A stretch of DNA of 36,681 nucleotides from Jimgerdemannia flammicorona (Eukaryota): the NCBI GenBank assembly GCA_003990765.1, contig RBNJ01000206.1, forward strand, positions 1-36,681, in the 5' to 3' direction. Position numbers and translations under genes: made by a program. The notes under the pieces were generated by a model that searched no databases, was not told the origin of the DNA, and was given only the letters and a program-made list of their open reading frames with translations. Positions 11,335 through 20,856 of this stretch are shown one piece after another; position 1 is the stretch's first letter; each line of letters starts with the position of its first letter.

Positions 11335-13907
11335 ATGTCGACAGATCAGTCTTCAACAGTTCACAGTACCAATGATGCTTCAAGTCAAACATCTCTGATA
11401 GTTCCACACCTTCCATGCAATCCTTGCTCTGAAATCTGGCAATATTGTGCTAAGATAGGAGATGATGTTGTTTGTAATTATTGCAGGTAAAAAATTAAGA
11501 TACACCTATTGACTTGTTTGATATACACATGATATTGTTTCATCCACCCCCATAAACTGCACTAGCCAGAAGTTCAAAATGCTTGATAGTATGACCTCGA
11601 ACATGAATCGACACATAAAAGACAAGTACTCTGACAAAATAAAAAAGAATACAGAGACAAATAAAATCAACATCCAAGCTGTGGTGGGTACATTTATCCA
11701 ATTGCCCAACCATTTCTATACCAACAATGCCATTTAATCAAAAATATTTAGCCATACTCTTCAGCAGAATTTTGAAATTGGCTCATTCGCTAGATTGTGT
11801 GTACAGATCAGCCATTTACAACCATTGAGAGTGATCAATTGCATAGCATCTTTGGTCTCCTCAAGCATGATTTATATTTGCTAAGTGCTAATACTATTCG
11901 TAAAGATGTCCTGGAGGTCTATAGGAAGGAGCATGACAATCTCCGCCAGATACTTCAGATAAAATAAGGGCAGCACTATGACCTTTGCAGCTGAATTATA
12001 TAAAAGAGCTCACCAATTTAACCTTACATTCAATAAGCAGAATTCAGCAAGCAAAATTTCGTTTATAATCAACACATGGATATCCCCCAATGCAATTTTA
12101 TTTCTGGGCATTACTGGTCATTGGATTGACCTCGATTGGCAGCTTAAATCTCTCACCCTTGATTTTGTCAAACTTGCTGGCCCTCATTCTGGAGACAATA
12201 TTGCAGATGCTTTTATTAGTTGTATCCAGGAGCTTAGAATCACAACTAAGGTAAAAAAAGGAGGGCTTGCCATCAGATCAGCATTTTGAGGGAGGTTCTT
12301 AAACAGAACAGATTTTGTTGGTTATTTATTTTCATATAATTCGCCAACTGAATATTTCAAGTACAGATTTTGGCTATTACGACAGACAATGCCTCAAACA
12401 ACTCAACATTTTTCCAAGCTTTAGTGGCCAGCCTCAAACAGGAAAATGTGGTCTTTGGTATAGAAAGCTACCATATACGATGCCAGGCCCACATACTGAA
12501 CCTTGCTGTTCAGGACTATCTTACATACATAGACAAAACATCTGAGAGAGGAGGGGCCCTGAGTATAATTTCCAAGCTGTGCAAACTGGTTGTATCAGTC
12601 TGATCATCCCCACAATGATGAGATAAATTTGCTGCATAGTGTAGGGCAATCAGTTTAGCCCTGAAGAGCTTATATTGGATATCTGTACACATTGGAACTC
12701 AACATTTGCAATGATCTAGCACATGCTGGAGTTTGCTGTAGTATGCATCCTTTTTTTCTTCGGTCAGCTGAAGCAACTGTTTCAGATGATGGAAGATTTA
12801 TTTTAAAAAATTAAAAAAAAAAAAAAGCCAATAGATTCAATGATGACTGCTGATAAGGAAATATGGGCCGAGGCTCTAGGTGAAAGTGAGTGGGATGTAC
12901 TTAGAAATGTTGTCAGAGTTTTGGAAGTAAGTGATGGTTGCTCTGGCTCTATACTCATTTTGTCTGCCTCTATACAATGCAACACCTTACCATATATAAC
13001 TGCCAGTGTTTCGATGATTGTATGAAGGATATAGTCAAACAAACGACCCTAACAATAAGCTCTGCAATACCAGTATACAACCTTCTAATTGACTGGTTAG
13101 AGGACAAGCTCGAGGACAGGCTGGAGGGTTGCGGTGATTTATAGTTAAGCCTGGATCAGAGAGATGCCATGGAGGTTGCTCTAAGCAAGCTCAGGAAATA
13201 CTACTCCCAAACAGATACTGCCGTATACTTAATCAGTACAGGTATGTCGATGTTGGCATGTGGCCATTGCCCCTTCCAAAACAGAGAAAACCCTACAAAA
13301 ACTCACTCTCCTTTTCTTCAAATAGTGCTGGACCCATGCTTAAAGCTACAATACCATAAAGATCAGGGCTGAGAGCAGCACTTCATTGAGAGAACCAAGC
13401 AGACCATAATCAAAGTGTACCAGAAAAACTATGCACCGCTGCAAGGTTTCAGCCAAAGTCTGGATGAATATGCCGAGAGTTCCCTCCTGTCTCACATTTA
13501 CTTCAGCAGAAAGAGGAAGAGGGAGCCATCAGTGGAAGAGCTGCCGTCAATAGACAAACTCACCATTTATCTTGCCAGCAATCACATGATCCTGCTGGAG
13601 GGCATGGAGGTGCTCAACTGGTGGAAGGTGAGTTGTCAGGTGGGCATTGTCAGGCAGGCATTGGGCCAATTTAACCCACCAATCTAACCACCACTCTACC
13701 CACTGGGGCATGCAGCTGTGTCAAACAGACTTCCCCAACCTGTGTGGTATGGCTTGGGACTATCTGGTGATTCCTGCCTCCAGTGCTCCCATCAAGCAGG
13801 TGTTCTCAGGTGGGGTGGACCTTGTTGCCCCAAAGAGGTATGCACTGAATGCTGAGATAATCCAGACATATATATGTCTGAAGTCTTGGTGGGGCTCGGG
13901 CCACTAA
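11335..13907 (+). pseudogene. Intron-containing hAT transposase, decayed
   Basis: BED finger SEIWQY...CNYC...NMNRHI. SFIINTWIS...FLGITGHWID, where the first catalytic Asp reads N. AITTDNASNN, CxxH motif IRCQAHILNLAVQ, and THWNST. C-terminal dimerisation region LNWWK...FPNL..MA.DYLVIPASSAPIKQVFS, where the catalytic Glu reads K. GT-AG introns and in-frame stops. Confidence 0.95.
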
Positions 13908-14059
13908 AATTCAGTGGGTCTGTGGATAAGTTGATTGGCCTTGTGGAATATTTAATACCTTTCAAATTAATACCTTTCAAAAATAATAAAAAGGAAAAAA
14001 AAACCTGAGGACTCAGCCTGGAGTTTGTGGCCCAAGTGGGGCAGGGTTGGCGACAGTGG

Positions 14060-14500
14060 TAGAGAGAGTGCGCAATATTTGTAGCCCTCAGCCAGTAGCA
14101 AGGGGCAGCCCCAAGCTGCCAGTGCCCAGGTCGGTGGGCAGGTCAGTGGGTCAGTAGAGGGAGTGCGCAAAATTTGTGGCCCTCCACCAGCAGCAAGGGG
14201 CAGCCCCAAGCTGCAAGTATCCAGGTCAGGGGGGTAGGCAGAGAGAGTGCACAAAATTTGTGGCCCTCCACTAGCAGCAAGGGGCAGCTCCAAGCTGTCA
14301 GCACCCAGGTCAGTGGGTGGGGTTGGTTGGTGGGTTGGTGGACACAGAGTCGGTGGAGAGAGCATGCAAAATTTGTGGCCCTCCACTAGCAGTAAGGGGT
14401 AGCCCCAAGCCACAAGTGTCCGGGATAGGCGGGGCAGGTGGAGGGAGTGTACAAAATTTGCGGCCCTCTGCCAGTGGTATAGGGGCAGCCCCAAGCCGCT
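14060..14500. repeat. Five-unit GC-rich tandem array between the two convergent hAT genes
   Basis: A ~60-bp core GAGTGCGCAAAATTTGTGGCCCTCCACCAGCAGCAAGGGGCAGCCCCAAGC recurs at ~14064, 14161, 14243, 14358 and 14443, with G-rich linkers of variable length. Confidence 0.9.
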
Positions 14501-14721
14501 AAGGAGTCTGGGGCAGAGGGTGTTTCTGGTGGTTGGAGGGCATTTCTGGTGGTCGAAGTCACCAGTTCAGGTCCCACAGGCACCCCAGCCCTGTGCTGCA
14601 GTGCCACACTGGCGGCACTATAGAGCAGGGCCAAGGGGCCAGTAGGACCCTATATAATGGCTAAGCTAATGCTACATAAGAGGTGCCTAGCCCACATAAG
14701 ACTGCCCAACCCTCACAAAAA

Positions 14722-16837
14722 CTACTCCACCCACTGGTCCCAGGCCTTGATGAGCCTATCATCTATTGTGAGTGTGACGACTGTTATGTCCAAGCTCTCC
14801 TCGAAGGCGATGGTGCTGTGGTGGTCATGTGGTTGGAATAGGATAGCCGTATTGGCTGCAAATAGGACTCTGAAACTATAGGTGAGGTCATACCAGACTC
14901 CACCGCTGTCCTCTCAGATTGGGCCCTTCCTTTCTGGGATGTAAAACATTACCGGAGTGATATTATTATCTGTATGTGTGGGCAGAGAAAGGTTGTGCCT
15001 GACATATCCTGATGTGACATGAGTATACAGTTGGTGAACCCTTGGCCCAGGACCTCATACTGTCAGACTGTGCTAGTGGACACCTGCTCTTGGTCTAGCC
15101 CAGAGAGCCCCGGCTTGAAAACCTGCCAAAACAGACAGCAATCAGTCAGCCCTTTTTGCATACAGGGGGGCAGAAACCCCCCAGGCTGTAGTACCCTGAA
15201 AAAGCAGAGCTCCTCACCTCATATGGCATGCTAAATTGTGCCAAGAATGTACATACAGCCACACTGAGATCACCACCAAGCTGGCCTGCCATATGCTCTA
15301 CCAATCTGCTCAAAGAACCCCAGATCATAGTCACCATTACTGTACAGGCTGTGTTATGCTCATGTGTAGTTTGCTCTTCGATGGTACTTCTAAAGTTCTG
15401 GTAGGGGTACAGAATCTTGTGCATCCCTGGAATTGTATCAAAAAGAGTATATCAGCAAAGAGTGTGATTTATCTGGGGAGGGTTAAAAAAAAAGGGAGAC
15501 AAGTGTGGGGGATTTTGGAACTCTAGAACCCACCCTTCGCCAGTGTTGCAGTATACCCAATTCCCATCCAAACCCCCCCTCCTTGCTTTTTTCACCCCCT
15601 CTTTTCTGCTACCCAGTATTTGACACAATCCTTACAAATCTCATTAATGTGGTAGCAAAGCTCGTCACTATAGAGATTCCTTACCACCTCACAACCACCT
15701 CTCTGTATTTGTTAATAAAGATATGGTTCTCTTCGTCATTGGTTACTCCTGCTGGCCAATGGACCCCTTGGTCAAGTACAATTGGCTCTGATTCGAATGT
15801 AGACCCCCAAGCCTTGATGACGATGCTGATACTGCTCATGCTGAACATCTTGCCCTCAAATTTCTCTATTTGATCAGATGCTGGACATGGTTGAACTCAG
15901 GTAACTTTGAACTCTTCTTTCCAATAGAACTGAGCCCTGATCTGAGGGACCGAGATAAGTATACGGATGGGTTGCATACAGATGAGTTGCATGTAGGCAG
16001 ATTGCATGCAGGCAGGTTGCGTGCAGGCAGGTTGCATGCAGGCGAATTGTAGGTGGGTTGTGTGTGGGCAGGTTGCGTGTGGGCAGGTTGCATGCAGGTG
16101 GGTTATATGCAGGCAGGTTGCATGTGGACAGGTTGCATGCAGGTGAGTTATATGCGGGTGTGGGTGTTTTTTAGGGGAAGACCACATAAAAATGAAATTA
16201 AATAAAACACAGAGATGGGTATTTCAGAAAAAGAGCATGAGTGAGTGAGTGAGTGAGTGAGCTGCATGCCGATGAGTTGCATGCCAATGAGTTGCATGCT
16301 GACGAGTTGCACAAGTTGCACAAGATTGCTCATGAAGGCTTGCTTCTATTCCTTTTGAGACCTCTGCCATGCGATACATTGACTCAACAGCTTAGCCACC
16401 AAAGGCATGCCCCGCAATGTCTACCAGCCTTTCTTCATCTTGACCAGATGTTGTGAATAAAGTCGACAGATCTCGCCATAGAGCTGTGGACCCTAAGAAA
16501 AGCACAAGGTGAATTGAGTCATGCTGGGGAAGTTTAAATAAACATAAGTAAACAAGTGGTGGCCAAGTGAGCAACCTACATCTACTATCGACTGCTTCAA
16601 AAAGGCTGCCGCATACATAGCTATAAGGTCTGTGAATTCCGAGGTCTGAAGGGCCACTATGAGTTGTTGCTGGAATTCTCCCTCATCTCTGCCATCGCCA
16701 TTGCCATTGCCACCACCACTGCCATCACCCCTTTGGCTCTCAATGAGTAGCTTGTGTGTTGTCCATATGAGAAAGAATCTAACATTGTCAGCAGAGAGTA
16801 CATTTCTACCTCAAATACTCCCTCTTTTGACAATCAT
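14722..16837 (-). pseudogene. hAT cargo gene: spliced, decayed, with a C-terminal TET/JBP-like 2OG-Fe(II) dioxygenase domain
   Basis: ATG at 16837 (MIVKRGSI*GRNVLSAD...), several GT-AG introns and a repetitive linker. The last exon reads ...LYTHVTSGYVRHNLSLPTHTDNNITPVMFYIPERKGPI*EDSGGVWYDLTYSFRVLFAANTAILFQPHDHHSTIAFEESLDITVVTLTIDDRLIKAWDQWVE*. HxD is at 14968-14976, followed by GG, a hydrophobic strand ending in F, and HxT at 14812-14820. Confidence 0.65.
15965..16325. repeat. 15-bp minisatellites inside the cargo gene
   Basis: Units such as GTTGCATGCAGGCAG (15965-16150) and GAGTTGCATGCCGAT (16258-16325). They are separated by an intron-like stretch containing (GAGT)n. On the minus strand they read as 5-aa repeats (TQPAH, NLPAC). 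Confidence 0.85.
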
Positions 16838-17065
16838 TATAGGGTGAAAAATGAGTAGACTGGACCAATATATGAATTAAGGGCTGCTGTTTTGTTTGCT
16901 TGTGATGCGGCAGGAAAGAACAAAGAAAAAAAACAAAGAAAAAGAACAAAGAAAAGAACAAAAGAAGAGAGGGAGCAAAAGGAAAGGGTGATGTCACCAA
17001 AGTACAGTAGGAAAAAAAAAAACAAGAGTGAAATAAACAAAAGAAAGGGTGATATCACCAAAGAT

Positions 17066-17235
17066 TTCAATCTGAATGGATCAATCCGGATGGACCAATC
17101 TGGATGGACCAATCCAGATGGACCAATCTGGATGGACCAATCTGGATCAATCTAGATGGATCAATCCGGATCAATCTGGATCAGATCATGAGACCAATCT
17201 GAGTTGATTCAAATTCATCACATGATGAATCTGAA
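17066..17235 (+). repeat. Right subterminal repeats of the hAT
   Basis: 14-bp units AATCTGGATGGACC, 10-bp units AATCTGGATC, and a near-palindrome ATTCATCACATGATGAAT (17213-17230). Confidence 0.85.
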
Positions 17236-18344
17236 TCGAATCTCATCCGGATCAACTCTATCCATTCAGAGTACTACCCACCACAGACACCAAGAACCTG
17301 CAGATAACCTATACTGAGCACTTGATGCCCAAGGTTGGCTGACTCCCTATATAATCTATGATATACTGAGATAGTACCTTGTTGGTGATGGCAAAAGAAA
17401 GAAGGTACCGCACCAAAACAGATACACTCCAGATGCAGCCAAAGGTACCAGAAACTATGAAAAAGTAGAGAAGATACTAATCTGATACTGATAAAGAGAC
17501 AACTTATCACTATTGCCCTTCTTCTGCTATGCTCTTATAGGCATAGCAAACCAACCTGAGGTAGAGGGGATAATAATAGGGGAAAGGAGACTCAGAAGGT
17601 TGCCTACCAAACCTTATGACTGGTAAGTAGCAGAGAAAGGAGTATTCAGAGAGATTTTTGAAAGGATCTTTAAGCATGTAAGTTATTAAAGAGTGAGATC
17701 AGAGCTCAGATCAATACCATAGATGTCAAATCAAACCAGATATGATATAAAGTCAAAATATATCTATTACACCTTAGAATTACACCTTTGAGGAAATCTT
17801 TGAAGAGATCTTTAGCATGTGAACAGTTAAAGAAGTTCTTATTGTCATTATTATTATTTACAGAAGTTATATTAGAATGTAGATAACATCATGCAAATTT
17901 GCCTGTATGTGACTATGAGGTATGAGATATAACTAAAAGCTCCTCATTAATATATAGAGAGTGTAAAATAGATAATATACCTGATTCAATAGCAGGAAAG
18001 CATCAGGTAAGGCTGTCATACATACAAAATCACAATTGGGTGACGTCACTTTTTTTTTTTTCCTCAGTTCAAAGCAAACATTTTGCAATGAGCTACCGAT
18101 TTCCCTGTTGGGGCCTGCTACGGAGCCTGTTGGCCGGACTATTTGGCGGTTGCATGCTATCACCGTAATCAGACTCGAAACCACTACGGGCGTGAACGTT
18201 GCCAGAGGGCCTCGTCTCTTTATCCACAACCTAGTGCTTCTACATTTGTGAAATATATCTGTATTTCATATTAACGTGATGAATCTTGTATAATCTTCGA
18301 CAATACGAAATACCTACTAACTTTGCTTTTGACCGGTTCCTTAT

Positions 18345-18402
18345 GCCGGTCTTGGTTGCTGTAAACCAACTGATGAGCCCCTTAAGCAAGGGCGAAACCG
18401 GT
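18345..18402 (+). ncRNA. Type III hammerhead ribozyme
   Basis: Stem III GCCGGU (18345-50) pairs with ACCGGU (18397-402); cleavage triplet GUC with C at 18351. Stem I UUGGUU/AACCAA (18352-57/18364-69). Core CUGAUGA (18370-76). Stem II GCCC/GGGC (18377-80/18390-93). GAAA (18394-97). Confidence 0.92.
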
Positions 18403-19781
18403 TCCATAGAAACACCTATTTGTCTATAGGCAGCCCATCTTCCATTGTCGTGGCAAATGGAGTTGCGTAGAGTCTATCTTTGTAAGAGTTTGATCATTTG
18501 TTCATTTTAAAATAAAAATATTGGCCCTCACAATGGCTTCGTCATAGGGATTTGTGTGTGTTGGCTCATACTCTGTTTATTTTAAAAGTATGCAGTATAC
18601 ACGACCTTGACTGAACTGAATCTCTACACTAAAAAGTCAGGCAAGTCAGAGTTGAGCATATAAAAAGATATTCTTTGTGACTAACACACTATTCTGATCA
18701 CTCTTTCTTGCCGCAATTCTGACCACTCCGCCTTTCCACCATTCTCGACGTCCCGCCTGCATATTATTCCAGCATAATATTCTGATTCTGACAATACGAA
18801 TAGAGTCCGATAGAGTTTGACTTCTGGTATAACACGTCGTACCAGAGAGGAGTTGGATAGGAAGGGAGAGGGAGGAAGGAAACATGGGTGTCTGGTTTTT
18901 TGAGGCCCAAAGGACAGTCAATGGTCAATGGTTTCTTTTTCTCTTTTGCACGAATAAAGATGGACTTCTAAGAAAGGAACCAAGCAAACAAGCAATGAAT
19001 GTCATGTATCTAAAGTGCTCTTTCTTACAGGAGTTCACACAATTACCCGTACAATGAAAGCCCAACCCCGTTCATTGTCGGTCCGCATTCAGGGATTCCC
19101 TGAATGGCGCCGTTGTGCAGGTCTAAAGCATAGTGTGTGTTTGCAAAGGCTTCGATGGGAAGCTGTGACAGCAGCTTTTGACGACAGCCATGGAGCTCTG
19201 CGGCCGGTAGCAGGCAGGTTCAAGCTTACGATCCTTAAGCTCCGGATCCACACAAGAGTATCAACGGGGTCGCCATGCATGTCGAGAATACGTTGATTTT
19301 GGATCGACGATCAGAGAACCTTATGGGAGGTTGCGGTAGGACTGGGAGTGTGCGTTACTTAAGAAGTGGGAAGGAATGCTATGCAGAGAGAATTAGGGAA
19401 GAAAGTTGTATATCCATGATTATGCCAGTCAAAATGTTGGCTAATACGATATGCCTGCGGACACGTCCTATTTGATGAATCCTTAGCCCATCATTAACAG
19501 GGAAGCGATAATCGCAAAACTACATGCGATTTAGATGTTTAAAGTATTTGCATGTCGCAGGCCATCCATAGTGGGTGACATGTGTCATCGCCTCATAGAA
19601 GACTCCAGATACGGCATGCGGTAATAAATCAATAAGTACAATGCTCCACCCAGCGACGGCGCCGGGCAGCTTAAAAACCTCGCGGCTAATGGTTTGATGC
19701 GAAGATAGCAGCACTTCCTTTGACCGCGTATTCTGATCAGATGACGTCATTATTTGGTTCTATCGTAAGTTTACAATGTGC

Positions 19782-20607
19782 CTAGTTGATGTCTTTCAAC
19801 GCCATCGATCCTACCACCAAATTCAGCACTTCTTGTTTTCCTGCCTGTGGTGTGTCGCCAAGCTTGTAGTACTTTCGCACGCTTTTCAGATCCGTGAAGT
19901 TCTCAATTTGGTCCAGCGGTGTCTCATCGCCCTTAATGAGATCCTCGAGAGTTGCCCGTACCTACCATGTTGTATGAATCAATAGTGATGAGGGCCCTAT
20001 CATTTATTCAGTCCGAAACTCAAAAAGAACAAGACATAGAGTGTACCTCCTCAGCCTCGCTGCCGACCTTGGCGATGACCATGCCGGTCGTGGTATCGGA
20101 GATGCCAAACCGGCGGAGGGACTCGCTGATCTGCGCAGAGTCCGGGAAATTGTGCATCGTCAGCCCATACATATAGTGCCGAATAATTGGGCATTAAATC
20201 GAAAAGTGTCCTTCACCACTATTTACGTATCCCGAAACCTACATTCGTCGTCGGCGATAGGTTATACACAATCTCCGAGTGGACGTTGTGGGTTGTCAAG
20301 TGGCCGTGGCACTCGTCGTGCACAGCCTTGTTGGCCGCGGCGAGTACCTGAAACTTGTCGACAACCTGCCGTAAACGGTAGGCAATCCGAGAATGTTTGA
20401 AGTTGAACAGAGATCTTTACACCTCCCACAGGCGAACTGGTTCTCTCCCAGGAAACACACCACTTTTGCGTCCACGAACGCGAACGAGAGCGAGGCATCG
20501 GCGGCGAGCAAGCGTTTGCGAAGATCCCCCGCGTTAGTGACGTTGGTATAGAGGGTGAGGTGTACGGGGCCTTTGGTTGGGTGAGGTTCGAGCGGGAAGG
20601 ATTCCAT
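19782..20607 (-). CDS. CGI121: EKC/KEOPS complex subunit Cgi121/TPRKB (4 exons)
   Basis: Spliced reading MESFPLEPHP...LYTNVTNAGDLRK...AFVDAKV|VVDKFQVLAAANKAV...LTTHNVHSEIVYNLSPTTN|ISESLRRFGI...|...VRKYYKL...VVGSMALKDIN*, with canonical GT-AG introns. Confidence 0.9.
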
Positions 20608-20856
20608 GTTTTATGTATGGAGTGAAGGAGACCGGTGGCTTATTCGGAAGTATATCTATCAAATGGTGACGTCATCAATCCCACACACTCAATGCACACT
20701 CCTCTTAGTAATTTTCATATATTTTTCGTAAACACAAGCAGAAAGCACAAAAATTCCTACACCACCACGGTATCTTTACACTGGGCGCATTTGAGATTTG
20801 TCTATATAACGAACCCTTTTGGGATATGGATGACTGTCCAGGGCTCACATAACTGT

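Larger units (their letters stand above)
10896..17276 (+). mobile_element. hAT-superfamily DNA transposon, 6381 bp, two-gene structure
   Basis: Perfect 12-bp TIRs TAGTACTCTGAA (10896-10907) and TTCAGAGTACTA (17265-17276). Perfect 8-bp TSD CCCACCAC (10888-10895 and 17277-17284). Subterminal repeats at both ends and an internal hAT transposase. Confidence 0.96.
10034..17642 (-). mobile_element. 5'-truncated poly(A) retroposon (non-LTR type), split by the hAT insertion into 10034-10895 and 17277-17642
   Basis: Poly(T) at 10034-10067 (the tail) with a minus-strand AATAAA nearby. Both pieces match the reverse complement of 35510-36681 contiguously. Target duplication TTCAGAGAGAT at 10022-10032 and 17645-17655. 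Confidence 0.9.

Noticed and set aside
14060..14500. CRISPR-like repeat-spacer appearance
   Set aside because: Eukaryotic context, no cas genes, ~60-bp degenerate repeats, and linkers that are related to each other and uneven in length.
16806..17155. Lys-rich and Phe-rich ORFs
   Set aside because: Products of A-rich low-complexity sequence and subterminal repeats upstream of the cargo gene.
18000..19700. Telomerase RNA candidate (next to CGI121; GGGGTTGGGCTTT on the minus strand resembles P6.1)
   Set aside because: Only a single TTAGGG (19393-98) and no ~1.5-repeat template; no convincing pseudoknot or three-way junction.
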